Below the pieces are notes generated by a model that ran no database searches, was not told the origin of the DNA, and saw only the letters and a program-made list of their open reading frames with translations. From positions 9,647-73,646 of IMG/VR virus record IMGVR_UViG_3300043409_000785: DNA of 64,000 nt. One strand, written 5' to 3'. The stretch is from a virus. Positions 17,251-27,409 of the stretch are shown here, one piece after another. Positions within the stretch are counted from its first letter, which is position 1. Every line of letters starts with the position of its first letter. The translations under genes were made by a program, and so were the position numbers.

Positions 17251-19386
17251 ATGAACTACCTTGTTTACTCCAACCCAGAGAAAGCTACATACCCAATTTG
17301 CATTCTGGTGTCTGCCATTCGCAAGACAGAGATCATGGATGCTTATCTCAAAACAGGAATCAATCCTGATGATGTATTGGTCATGGACTTGCACTATAGC
17401 AAAACCCAAAAGAAAACCCCTGTCTCGGAAATCAAAGCCTATCTTAAAGAAGAGCTGGCTCCTGAGCTTACACGGCTGGGTGTGCAACACGTTCTAGTCA
17501 CGGACAGTGATTACTTCAAAGTCTTGACTGGTACTGCTAAGGTAGAAGCTCATCTTGGCTATGTGATGTCTTCTTCCTTTGGTTCCTTCAAGGTGGTTTA
17601 CGCTCCCAGCTACAAGGCGATCTTTTACGATCCTGTAAAGGTCAAGGCTAAGATTGCACAGGCTGTGGATGCTTTGTTGGCTGACCTACAAGGTCAATAT
17701 GCCAAGCCAGGAGAAGGCATTATCAGGTTTGCTGAGTACCCTAGAACCAAAGAAGAAATACAGCAGTGGCTAGACAGGATTCTGGCCATGAACTGTGACC
17801 TGACCTGCGACATTGAAGCATTCAGCCTCAAGCACCATACGGCAGGCATTGGCACTATCACCTTTTGCTGGAACCAGCATGAAGGCATTGCCTTTGCTGT
17901 GGACTACCAGGAGATTCCTGGAGCCATGACAGCACCGTATGGCAAGCAAGTCTTCAACGTAGAAGTCAGGGCCATGTTGCTGAAGTTCTTCCTAGCTTTC
18001 AAGCAAAAGATGATTTATCACAACATCGCCTATGACGCCTACGTGTTGATCTACCAGCTCTTTATGGTGGACATTCTGGACACGGAAGGATTGCTCGATG
18101 GTATGGATGTGATGCTCAGGAATTGGGAATGCACCAAGCTCATCACCTATCTGGCTACCAACTCTTGTGCAGGCAACAAGCTGGGACTGAAGGCCCAAGC
18201 ACAGGAGTTTTCAGGGAATTACAGCATGGACGACATCCATGACATCACCAAGATTCCATTGCCTAAACTGCTGGAATACAACTTGGTGGATGGTCTATCT
18301 ACGTGGTTCGTTTACCACAAGCACTGGAATACTCTGGTGGCAGATCAACAAGAAGAAATTTATCAGACACTCTTCAAGCCAGCAACTCTGGACATCATCC
18401 AGATGCAGCTGACAGGTTTGCCATTGAACATGGAACGTGTCAAGGAAGTCAAGGCCATCCTACAAGCCATTGAGGATCAGGCTACTTCCGTGATTCAGCA
18501 GTCTCCACTGGTGCAGCAGTACACCCATCACTTGCGAGAAAAGCATGTGGCCAAACGAAACTCAGAGCTGAAGAAGAAGCAAATCACCATGGCAGATGCT
18601 GAGGTATTAGCGGTCAACTTCAATCCGAACTCAGGACCACAACTGCAGGAGTTGTTGTTTGAGATGGTAGGCTTGCCTGTCATTTCTTATACCGACAGCA
18701 AGCAACCTGGAACTGACGGGGATACGTTGAAAGCTTTGCAGAACCATACCAAGGATACCGATGTGCTTTCTTTCCTTGGTTCGTTGATTGACTACAAAGC
18801 AGTCAATAAACTTCTGGTGAGCTTCATTCCTGCATTTGAGGAAGCAGTCCAGGGACCGGATGGCTGGCATTATTTGTTTGGTAGTTTCAACTTGGGAGGC
18901 ACCGTCTCAGGACGGCTATCCAGCTCAAATCCGAATATGCAGAATCTGCCTGCTAACATTGTGATGGTTATCTCTGCTGCTTTGCTGATATTGTTTGAAA
19001 AGCAACTTGAAGGCTTTGTCGAAAAAGGCAAGCTCAATCTGGGCAAGCTCATCAAGAGCTGTTTTCAAGCGCCCCCAGGATGGTTATTTTGTGGCTTGGA
19101 CTTTGCTTCCTTGGAAGACAGGATCAGTGCGCTGACCACCAAAGATCCCGCTAAGTTGCTCGTGTACGTTGACGGGTTCGACGGCCACTGTTTACGCGCT
19201 CATGCCTACTTTGGGGAGCATATGCCAGAAATCATTCTTGCTGCCGAAACAGATCGCTGTTTTTTGGTAAATGTAGGTGGCAAGGAATTATCTGTAATGT
19301 GTGGTACATTAGTTACCTGTCCAGATGGGCAGGTTAGAAAAGTGGAGGATTATTTTGAACTGGTTACCGATAAAAAACTTCCCTAA
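17251..19386 (+). CDS. Family A DNA polymerase, N-terminal piece (3'-5' exonuclease through motif A)
   Basis: CDIEAF, HNIAYD, YNLVD exonuclease motifs; TVSGRLSSSNPNMQN; GLDFASLEDRI; DGH; no motif B or C. Confidence 0.93.
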   Translation: MNYLVYSNPEKATYPICILVSAIRKTEIMDAYLKTGINPDDVLVMDLHYSKTQKKTPVSEIKAYLKEELAPELTRLGVQHVLVTDSDYFKVLTGTAKVEAHLGYVMSSSFGSFKVVYAPSYKAIFYDPVKVKAKIAQAVDALLADLQGQYAKPGEGIIRFAEYPRTKEEIQQWLDRILAMNCDLTCDIEAFSLKHHTAGIGTITFCWNQHEGIAFAVDYQEIPGAMTAPYGKQVFNVEVRAMLLKFFLAFKQKMIYHNIAYDAYVLIYQLFMVDILDTEGLLDGMDVMLRNWECTKLITYLATNSCAGNKLGLKAQAQEFSGNYSMDDIHDITKIPLPKLLEYNLVDGLSTWFVYHKHWNTLVADQQEEIYQTLFKPATLDIIQMQLTGLPLNMERVKEVKAILQAIEDQATSVIQQSPLVQQYTHHLREKHVAKRNSELKKKQITMADAEVLAVNFNPNSGPQLQELLFEMVGLPVISYTDSKQPGTDGDTLKALQNHTKDTDVLSFLGSLIDYKAVNKLLVSFIPAFEEAVQGPDGWHYLFGSFNLGGTVSGRLSSSNPNMQNLPANIVMVISAALLILFEKQLEGFVEKGKLNLGKLIKSCFQAPPGWLFCGLDFASLEDRISALTTKDPAKLLVYVDGFDGHCLRAHAYFGEHMPEIILAAETDRCFLVNVGGKELSVMCGTLVTCPDGQVRKVEDYFELVTDKKLP

Positions 19387-19948
19387 GTATGTTGTGTCCG
19401 ACACTGGGCTTGTGGCAAACATCAAAGACTATGTTCCGCTTGCAGCAAGCCTTTGTGTTCGGAATCACACAACCTATGTTCGTGTAACCCTGTTTAAGGG
19501 TGGGACACGGCACTACAGGCAGGTCCACAGATTAGTCGCAGAAACGTTTATACCTAACCCACAAAATTTGCCAGAAATTGACCATCAAGATAACAACGGT
19601 GAAAATAATGCTGCAAAGAATCTGCAATGGGTCACACGGACCAGAAACATACAACTCTCTTTTGAAAGAAATCCCAATGAAAAACTGAAAATATGCAGCG
19701 CAGGGGGCAAAGTATCTGGGGCCATGAAGCAGGCCGCTTCAGAGAAAAAACATAAAGAAATGTTGAATAGTCGCTTTCTAAAATTCTTTCCTTCAGGGGA
19801 AATCAGCAAGGAAGCGGCAGTTCGATACACATGCGAATGCGGTGTACAACGTACTGCCGAAATTGTGTGGAAAGAGTTACGACAGCACTCAGGTAAATGC
19901 CCGGCGTGTACCAACACAGTTAAACGATCATCCCAATCACTAGAGTAA
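19355..19948 (+). mobile_element. Free-standing NUMOD4-HNH homing endonuclease with C-terminal Cys pairs
   Basis: WLPIKNFPKYVVSDTG (NUMOD4); VHRLVAETFIPNP..LPEIDH.D....N...NLQWVT...N; GGAGG before TTG 19355. Confidence 0.88.
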
Positions 19949-19953
19949 CACCA

Positions 19954-20709
19954 ATGGAGCATAAAGGACTTGTGCCTTTGGTTCTTGACAACAGTTCTAT
20001 CACCGAAATATCGCATATAGCGTATAACGTTCGGGCAATAAATAGAATTGAATCCTTGTACAAAGGATACCGTCAAGAATCAAAGGCACCTTAGCTTACG
20101 TTTGCCTTAACTTATCAGGGCACTTTTAAAACCCTAATGGCTAATTGTGGGTTTTCGCTGGAGAAAGCAAAGCTAGTGGAATCCCGGTATCACCAACTAT
20201 ATAAAGTCAGCGACCAGTGGGTAGCTGCCAAATTGAACCAAGCAAGCAAAGATGGATACATTACTGCAGCTTTTGGCTTAAGAGTCCGTACACCACTGCT
20301 TCATCAGGTAATACGTGGAAATTCACGCACTCCATTTGAAGCTGAGGCTGAAGGCAGAACTGCGGGTAATGCTCTTGGTCAAAGCTGGTGTTTGCTCAAT
20401 TCACGAGCCAGCACTGAGTTCATGGCTAAGGTTAGACAAAGCAAGTACCGTCTTGACATTCGACCCTGTGCCCACATCCATGACGCCCAGTACCACCTGA
20501 TCCGAGACAACATCAATACCCTGATGTACGCCAACGAGCATCTGGTCAAAGCCGTGGAGTGGCAGGATCACCCTGACATTGCCCACGATCAGGTCAAACT
20601 AGGTGGCAAGCTTGGCATCTTCTGGCCGTCCTGGAAGAACGAAATCACCATACCTAACGGAGCAAGTCAAGCAGAAATTTTCTCAATCATCGACAAACTT
20701 ATGTCGTAA
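19954..20709 (+). CDS. Family A DNA polymerase, C-terminal piece (motifs B and C), interrupted by an in-frame TAG at 20092-20094
   Basis: One frame reads MEHKG...RQESKAP*LTFALTYQG...RTAGNALGQS...HIHDA; the track shows only 20137-20709. Confidence 0.8.
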
Positions 20710-20796
20710 GTCGGTGCCAAGCGTGTTACGCTTGGTGCCAAATTCCCGTGAACCGAGAAGCAAAGAAATGCTTCGTTACTACCTTGAAAGCAAGTT

Positions 20797-21198
20797 ATGA
20801 GCCAAAACCTTTCCACCCACCGTTTCCGATTCCTTGTCGCTGGCGAGATCATCTTTAACCAAGCTGACAGCGATGTCACGCACTCGGTACGGCTCAATGC
20901 CATGATTGCCCACACCGATGTCAACCTGCCAGCTCGCCTCATCGGCAAGGCCCAGCAGACCCTGCAAATGCTGCTGTTCAAGCGCATGGGTGAGTCTGCT
21001 GAAGCCGCTGATATCGCTATGCCCAAGATCACTGTCCATGACGTGGTAATCCTCAACATCAGCAACCTTGGTTGGATGAGCGAAGAAGAATTCAATGCTC
21101 CCCCCGAAGGTACTGTGAAGCAGGAGAAGGACAAGAATCCTCTTTCCTTGGTTCCTGCCAATGACGAATTTCACATCATCACCGGGGCTGCAGAATGA
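20797..21198 (+). CDS. Hypothetical protein (conserved N4-like)
   Basis: Synteny; LNISNLGWMSEEEF. Confidence 0.75.
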   Translation: MSQNLSTHRFRFLVAGEIIFNQADSDVTHSVRLNAMIAHTDVNLPARLIGKAQQTLQMLLFKRMGESAEAADIAMPKITVHDVVILNISNLGWMSEEEFNAPPEGTVKQEKDKNPLSLVPANDEFHIITGAAE

Positions 21199-21587
21199 TT
21201 CCAAGTCTAATTGTTTTCAATTCCACTGATGAGTACGATGCTTTTATGGAAAGCCTTGGTGTTCCTTGTCAAGAAGAGGAACCAAAGAAGGAAAAAGCTA
21301 AGCTTGCTAACCCACTTACTGGGGGTAGTGTTGGCTACTATTCAGTCGATGTTGATCCTTTGAATAAGCCAGCATACACAGCAGAGTGTGGGGACATCAT
21401 TGATACTCTCGGACTGACGTTCAGTGAAGCCAATATCTTTAAAGAGATTTGGCGTTCTGCCAATGCTCGTCTGGGCAATGGCAAACCTGGCAATACCCCA
21501 TTGCGTGGCGCAGAAAAGATTGCCTACTATGCCAACCGCATTCTGGCAGCAGAGAAACAAAATAGTGAATTGACTTTCAAATCCTAA
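21195..21587 (+). CDS. Hypothetical protein, DUF3310-related
   Basis: GGS..YY, ECGDII..LG.TF.EANIFK..WR, AEKIAYY. Confidence 0.7.
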   Translation: MIPSLIVFNSTDEYDAFMESLGVPCQEEEPKKEKAKLANPLTGGSVGYYSVDVDPLNKPAYTAECGDIIDTLGLTFSEANIFKEIWRSANARLGNGKPGNTPLRGAEKIAYYANRILAAEKQNSELTFKS

Positions 21588-21660
21588 GTCTTCGCTCCCA
21601 CAATGGGCCACAGTCTTTCTTTGGGCTGTGGCCCTTCTTTTAACCACTTGGAGCTATCCT

Positions 21661-22635
21661 GTGAAAGTAACTAACAACAATGACGTGTCACTGGCTCTGG
21701 CCGTGTGGCTGCTCCACGATGAATACGATTACGTCAATGAAAAGAACTACATCAGCGTCACCACCCTGATGAAGCCTTTACGGCAAATCATCCTCCCACC
21801 ACGAATCCAGCAAGGCCAGCATGAAGTGCCTGATGTGATGGACTATGCTTCCCGTGCTTTGGGTAACTCCATGCACGCTGCCATTGAACGTGCCTGGACG
21901 GTGGGCCATAAACGCTCTCTGGAGTTGTTGGGCTATCCTGAGAATGTGATTGACCGTGTTCGTATCAATCCACCCGATGCTGTAGTTTTGGCATGCAAGG
22001 CAGAAGGTAAATTGATTATCCCAATCTATTTGGAGCAACGTGCTCTACGTCCACTCGATGGCTACGTCATCGGTGGCAAGTTCGACATGGTGGCTGAGGG
22101 CATTGTGCAGGACTACAAGAGCACCAGTGCTCATAAGTGGAACAAGTTTTCTAGCGATAGTGACTACAAACTTCAAGGTTCCCTATACCGCTGGTTGAAC
22201 CAAGACAAAATAACAGAAGACTTTGTGCGGATCAACTTCATCTTCACTGACTGGAAGAAGTTGGATTCAATCAAAGATCCTACTTACCCCAAGCATCGTA
22301 TCATGCACAGGGATATTCCTTTGCTGAGCATTGAAGAAACGGAAGCATGGGCTAGACGCAAGCTAGCCCTGATCAAGAAATACTGGAATACCCCTGAAAA
22401 GGAAATTCCCCGCTGCACTGATGAAGAACTTTGGATTGGTAAGTCTGTATTCAAATACTACTCTGATCCAACCAGTACATCAGGCAAGTCAACTAAGAAC
22501 TTCACTACTCTCAGAGAAGCCAATCAGTTCCGTGCTGAGAAAGGTAAGGGACTGGTGATCTCTGTTCCTGGTTCGCCAAAACGTTGCGGCTACTGCAACG
22601 CCTTTCCAATCTGCACTCAACGAGAACAAATATGA
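21661..22635 (+). CDS. PD-(D/E)XK exonuclease (N4 gp42-like)
   Basis: GGKFD...QDYKST, LQGSLY, C-terminal C.YC....C. Confidence 0.85.
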   Translation: MKVTNNNDVSLALAVWLLHDEYDYVNEKNYISVTTLMKPLRQIILPPRIQQGQHEVPDVMDYASRALGNSMHAAIERAWTVGHKRSLELLGYPENVIDRVRINPPDAVVLACKAEGKLIIPIYLEQRALRPLDGYVIGGKFDMVAEGIVQDYKSTSAHKWNKFSSDSDYKLQGSLYRWLNQDKITEDFVRINFIFTDWKKLDSIKDPTYPKHRIMHRDIPLLSIEETEAWARRKLALIKKYWNTPEKEIPRCTDEELWIGKSVFKYYSDPTSTSGKSTKNFTTLREANQFRAEKGKGLVISVPGSPKRCGYCNAFPICTQREQI

Positions 22636-24785
22636 TTGACTTAACAAATGTGGTCCACCACCCAGCAATTGAAGAGATTGTTGATGTACTGTGCAGAAAG
22701 ACACAGAACACCGACCGAGGTTTCTTCAGAACTGAGGTGGCTTATTTTCTTGCTAAGATGGCCAGCAACATGCGGGCACTGATCGTCACCAAGGATCGGG
22801 GTGAGATTCCCGTCAACATCTATGCCATGGCCTTAGCCACATCCGGCTACGGCAAAGGTCACTCCGTCAACATTGTCGAATCCGAGTTCATGCTGGGCTT
22901 CAAGAAGCGGTTCTGCGACGACACCTTCAATGTCATTGCTGAGCAGCATCTTTGGAAGATTGCCAACGAACGCTCCCTACGTAACGCTACTGATCCACAG
23001 GAAGAGTTTGACAAGGTGGAACGCTCCTGGGAGTCTGGTGGCGAGTTTCCCTACACGTTCGACAACGGCACCCCCGAAGGCGTCAAGCAATTGCGTTACA
23101 AGCTGCTGCTGTCAGACATCGGAGCCATCAGCTATCAAGTGGATGAGATTGGATCCAATCTGGAACGCTCCAACGATGTGCTGAACCTGTTCCTGGAGCT
23201 GTATGACCAAGGCATCGTCAAGCAAAAGCTGACCAAGAACACCAGCGAGAACAAGCGGGCTGAAGACCGGGATGGCAAGACACCTTCCAACATGCTGCTC
23301 TTTGGTACGCCTATCAAGCTGCTGGATGGCGGCAGGACAGAGGATGCTTTCTACTCCATGCTGGAAACTGGCTACGCTCGTCGTTGCCTGTTTGGCATTG
23401 GGGTGCAGAGCAAGAAAGCTTTCAACACCCAGACACCAGCGGAAATCTATGCCAACCTGATCCAGCCTGCCAACACCACAGCTGTGAACAAGTGGGCACA
23501 GCATTTCCATAAGCTCGCTGACCCTGCCATGTATGGCTGGAAGATGACAGTGCCAGATGATGTGGCTATCGAGCTGTTGACCTACAAGATAAACTGCGAG
23601 ATGGCTGCTGATCTGATGGCTGATCATGAGGAAATCCGTAAGGCTGAGTTGTCACACCGTTACTTCAAAGCCTTGAAGCTGGCAGGTGCCTATGCCTTTG
23701 TGGATGAATCCAACGAGGTGGAGATGGATCACTTGAAGCAGGCTATCCTGCTGGTAGAGGAATCCGGCGCAGCTTTTCAGAGCATCCTCACTCGTGAGAA
23801 AGCTTACGTGAAGCTGGCTCGGTACATCGCTGACGTGGACGAGGAAGTGACCCATGCCGACTTGGTGGAGAAGCTTGCCTTCTACCCAAGGGGTGCTGCT
23901 GGCCGTAGTGAAATGATGAGTCTTGCAATGGGATGGGGCTACAAAAAGCACATCATCATCAAGAAGACTTTTCAAGATGGTATCGAGTTCTTCAAGGGTG
24001 AAAAACTCAAGGAGACGGATTTGTCCAAGCTCATCATTGCCTACAGCGATCATTGGGCCTACAACTATGCCACTGAGGATGTTCCATTTGATCAGCTCCA
24101 TGTGTTAACTCAAATGGCAGGGCAGCACTGGACTAACCATGCTTTTAAGAATGGTCATCGCTCTGAGGAAAACGTCATCTGTGGCTTTAACGCCGTGGTA
24201 ATTGACGTGGACCACGGAACGACCTGGGAGTCAGCCAAGGAACTGCTCAAGGACTACAAGTTCTTGAGCTACACCACCAAGCGACATACCGATGAGGCTA
24301 ACCGCTTCAGAATCATCCTGCCGATCAACTACCACCTGGAACTGGACAAGGATGACTACAAGGAGTTCATGGAGAACGTGGTCAACTGGCTACCCTTCAA
24401 GAACACCGACGAGGAAGCCAACCAGCGCTCCAGGAAGTGGGCTTCCTGTGAAGTAGGACAGTATGCCTACAACATGGAAGGTCAGATTCTGGATGCTTTG
24501 CCGTTCATTCCCAAGACCAGCAAGAATGCCGACTACAAGCAGGCTTACCAGAAAGTTGAATCCCTCGACAATCTGGAACGCTGGTTTGCCCAGCGGATTG
24601 CCTCGGGTAACCGCAACAACCAAATGCTGAAGTTTGCTCTGGCGTTGGTTGACTCTGGGCTGGACCTGATGAGCGTCAGCAAGCAGGTGCATGCTTTCAA
24701 TGCCAAACTGAGCAACCAACTCAGCGAGACAGAGATTGACACGACAATCCTCAACACCGTGGCCAAACGCTTTCAACGGCATTAA
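22632..24785 (+). CDS. DNA primase (N4 gp43-like) with PriCT-like C-terminus
   Basis: SGYGKG, DVDHG, YTTKRH...RFR, GNRNNQML. Confidence 0.88.
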   Translation: MIDLTNVVHHPAIEEIVDVLCRKTQNTDRGFFRTEVAYFLAKMASNMRALIVTKDRGEIPVNIYAMALATSGYGKGHSVNIVESEFMLGFKKRFCDDTFNVIAEQHLWKIANERSLRNATDPQEEFDKVERSWESGGEFPYTFDNGTPEGVKQLRYKLLLSDIGAISYQVDEIGSNLERSNDVLNLFLELYDQGIVKQKLTKNTSENKRAEDRDGKTPSNMLLFGTPIKLLDGGRTEDAFYSMLETGYARRCLFGIGVQSKKAFNTQTPAEIYANLIQPANTTAVNKWAQHFHKLADPAMYGWKMTVPDDVAIELLTYKINCEMAADLMADHEEIRKAELSHRYFKALKLAGAYAFVDESNEVEMDHLKQAILLVEESGAAFQSILTREKAYVKLARYIADVDEEVTHADLVEKLAFYPRGAAGRSEMMSLAMGWGYKKHIIIKKTFQDGIEFFKGEKLKETDLSKLIIAYSDHWAYNYATEDVPFDQLHVLTQMAGQHWTNHAFKNGHRSEENVICGFNAVVIDVDHGTTWESAKELLKDYKFLSYTTKRHTDEANRFRIILPINYHLELDKDDYKEFMENVVNWLPFKNTDEEANQRSRKWASCEVGQYAYNMEGQILDALPFIPKTSKNADYKQAYQKVESLDNLERWFAQRIASGNRNNQMLKFALALVDSGLDLMSVSKQVHAFNAKLSNQLSETEIDTTILNTVAKRFQRH

Positions 24786-24856
24786 CCAAACAGGAACCAA
24801 GAAGAGAAAGGGTATTTCTTTTCTTGGTTCCAAACCTTTAATCGACAGGAGAAACA

Positions 24857-25603
24857 ATGTCCGACACCGATCAAATCAATGATCAGCTGATTCTTGTCAG
24901 TGGCTACAGTGCCACTGGTAAATCAGCCAGCCTGCGAAATATCAGGAACCAAGAAGGATGGCTCTACTTGAATTGTGAGGCAGGCAAACGTCTACCCTTC
25001 AAGAACAAGTTTGACCAGTACCGCATTGAAGACCCGTATCAAGTGCATGAAGCATTTGACTATGCCACCTCTGGTGAGGGTGCTGGGAAAGTACAAGGAA
25101 TCATCATTGATTCCATCACCTTTCTTCTGGACATGTTTGAAACCATGTACGTGATCAACAGTGCCAACACCATGAAAGGATGGAGTGACTTTGCCCAGTT
25201 CTTCAAGATCCTAATGCAAGACAAGGTGACCAAGTTTGGTAAGCCTGTCATCATCATGGCCCACGTTCTGGACGTGTATGACGAGAAAGCCATGGAGATG
25301 AAAACCTCCGTGCCCGTCAAAGGCAGCTTGAAGAACAACGGCGTGGAAGCCTACTTCTCCACCGTTGTTTACGCCAAGAAAATGGCGGTCAAGGACTTGG
25401 AAAAGTTCGGCTCCAAACTTCTCACCATCACGGATGAAGAAAAGGAACTTGGCTACAAGCACGTCTTCCAAACCCGGCCCACCAAGACCACGGTGGGTGA
25501 ACGAATTCGTTCTCCGATGGGAATGTTCAGCAAAGAACAAACCTATACGGATAATGATGTTCAACATTTGTTGGACCACCTCCATGAGTTTTATACTCAT
25601 TAA
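24857..25603 (+). CDS. AAA-family Sak4-like protein (N4 gp44-like)
   Basis: GYSATGKS, IIIDS, GERIRSPMGMF. Confidence 0.85.
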   Translation: MSDTDQINDQLILVSGYSATGKSASLRNIRNQEGWLYLNCEAGKRLPFKNKFDQYRIEDPYQVHEAFDYATSGEGAGKVQGIIIDSITFLLDMFETMYVINSANTMKGWSDFAQFFKILMQDKVTKFGKPVIIMAHVLDVYDEKAMEMKTSVPVKGSLKNNGVEAYFSTVVYAKKMAVKDLEKFGSKLLTITDEEKELGYKHVFQTRPTKTTVGERIRSPMGMFSKEQTYTDNDVQHLLDHLHEFYTH

Positions 25604-25642
25604 CCCAAAATCAACCAACCCTGAAACTGAAACGAAACAAAA

Positions 25643-26392
25643 ATGACTTCTCTCTTTGGCAACCTGAAATCCGATGGCCTCGAAGCTTCTACCGACAATC
25701 TGGGCGGTGGTAGCTTTACCCGTGAATCTGACATCTACAGCGGCAAGATCAAAATGGCTTATGCCGGTGCAGCCAAGTCCGGTGCTCGCTTTGTTCAACT
25801 CATTGTGGACCTGCCTGATGGCAAGGAATACAAAGAGACGGTGTACATCACCAATAAGGCAGGCGAGAACTTCTACCTGAACAAGTCGGACAACTCCAAG
25901 AAGGTTCCTCTGCCGGGCTTCACCACGATTGACGACATCTGCTTGTGTGCCACTGGCAAGCCTCTGGCTGAACAAGATGCAGAAGAAAAAATCGTCAAGA
26001 TTTACGACTTTGAAGCCAAGGCAGAACTGCCCACTTCGGTGCCAGTGCTGATCGAACTGCTGGGTCAGGACATTTCCCTGGCCATCCTGAAGGTTACGGA
26101 AAACAAGCAGGCCAAGAATGCCAGCGGTGTCTATGAAGCCACGGCAGAAACCCGTGACATCAATAGCATCGACAAGGTGTTCAACACGGCTACCCAGATG
26201 ACTGTGGTGGAGGCCCGCAACAAGGCCGAAGCACCTGTCTTCTGGGACAATTGGCTGGAGCGCAACAAGGGCAAGACCCGTGACAAGACCAGCAAGGTTA
26301 CCGGCAATCCTGGTGCTCCCGGTGCAGCTCGTTCTGGACCCCCACAAGCTGGTGCAGCTCCTGCCCGTCAGAGTCTGTTTGGCAAGAAGTAA
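25643..26392 (+). CDS. Single-stranded DNA-binding protein (N4 gp45-like)
   Basis: Synteny; LPGF motif; C-terminal SLFG. Confidence 0.85.
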   Translation: MTSLFGNLKSDGLEASTDNLGGGSFTRESDIYSGKIKMAYAGAAKSGARFVQLIVDLPDGKEYKETVYITNKAGENFYLNKSDNSKKVPLPGFTTIDDICLCATGKPLAEQDAEEKIVKIYDFEAKAELPTSVPVLIELLGQDISLAILKVTENKQAKNASGVYEATAETRDINSIDKVFNTATQMTVVEARNKAEAPVFWDNWLERNKGKTRDKTSKVTGNPGAPGAARSGPPQAGAAPARQSLFGKK

Positions 26393-26395
26393 ACC

Positions 26396-26962
26396 ATGAA
26401 GGTAGCTGTCCTGGGCATGGACCCCTCAATGAGAAATTGGGGACTTGCCGAGGCAGTGCTTGATCTGGAAACTGGCTTGCTGGATACCCCTATTCTTTCC
26501 TTGGTTCAACCCAAGGATTTAGTAGGCAAACAGGTACGTCAAAACTCTTCAGATCTGCACCTGACAACACAGCTGGCTGAGGTTGTTTTACCTATGGCGC
26601 GTAAGGCAAAGGTCATCTTTGTAGAAGTGCCCATTGGCTCTCAATCGGCTAGAGCTATGGCCAGTTACGGGTTTTGTGTCGGTCTTCTGGGGGCAATTAG
26701 AGCTGAAGGGATCCCCTTCATCGAAGTTACTCCTACCGAAGTGAAGAAGGTCTTCACCGGCAAGGCTGATGCAACCAAAGGTGAAATGATAGAGAAAGCT
26801 CTATCTGAGTATCCTGATGCTGTCTTCCCCATGCACAATGGGAAAGTTAGCGCAGCCAAGACAGAGCATGTTGCCGATGCACTGGCTGCAATCCATGCGG
26901 GAGTGCAAACTCCCGTTTTTAAAAACCTGATGCGTTTATTGAGTGTCAGCAAATCCAACTAG
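26396..26962 (+). CDS. RuvC-like Holliday junction resolvase
   Basis: LGMDPS, VEVP.GSQS, ATKGEMI, EHVADA. Confidence 0.88.
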   Translation: MKVAVLGMDPSMRNWGLAEAVLDLETGLLDTPILSLVQPKDLVGKQVRQNSSDLHLTTQLAEVVLPMARKAKVIFVEVPIGSQSARAMASYGFCVGLLGAIRAEGIPFIEVTPTEVKKVFTGKADATKGEMIEKALSEYPDAVFPMHNGKVSAAKTEHVADALAAIHAGVQTPVFKNLMRLLSVSKSN

Positions 26963-26969
26963 GAACATC

Positions 26970-27407
26970 ATGCAAATTACAATCAATCAATCTGAAATCG
27001 AATCGGCTATCACCACGTACATTGGTGGCCTCTTCAAGCTTAATCCTGGCACGAAAGTTCAGATTGAACTCAAGGCTACCCGTGGTGCTGAAGGTGCTAC
27101 AGCCATCATTGACATCGTGCCAGATTTTCAAACTGGCCCTATGATGATTTCTGCTGCCTCAGCTGCTGTGCAAGAATCAAAGAAAAAAGAAGTAGCCGAA
27201 ACCATCCACGAGATCAAAGCTACCTCTGCCAAGCTGTTTGCTGCCTCTGTGGCTGCTGAAGCTCCAGCTACTGTGACGGTTGATGAGGCCATTGCTGCAA
27301 TCCCTGAAGTTGCACAAGAGGCCCCAGTCCACGACCCTGTTGCTGAAGTGCCAGTGCCCGCTCGCACCAGCTTGTTTGCTGGCCTGAAAAAACCAGTTAA
27401 CACTTGA
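26970..27407 (+). CDS. Hypothetical protein (conserved N4-like)
   Basis: MQITINQSEIE..I, ATRG, C-terminal SLF. Confidence 0.75.
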   Translation: MQITINQSEIESAITTYIGGLFKLNPGTKVQIELKATRGAEGATAIIDIVPDFQTGPMMISAASAAVQESKKKEVAETIHEIKATSAKLFAASVAAEAPATVTVDEAIAAIPEVAQEAPVHDPVAEVPVPARTSLFAGLKKPVNT

Positions 27408-27409
27408 CC

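Noticed and set aside
19215-20030. Functional split intein
   Set aside because: No block B TxxH and no His-Asn followed by Cys/Ser/Thr at the junction (it reads AYN-V); the resemblance is weak.
20092-20094. Genome-wide TAG reassignment
   Set aside because: Other long genes are intact under the standard code, several end in TAG, and no CTA-anticodon tRNA was seen.
19300-20100. Group I intron in the DNA polymerase gene
   Set aside because: The HNH ORF overlaps or abuts both polymerase pieces, leaving no space for a catalytic core, and I recognised no P7-type elements. An Infernal search would settle it.
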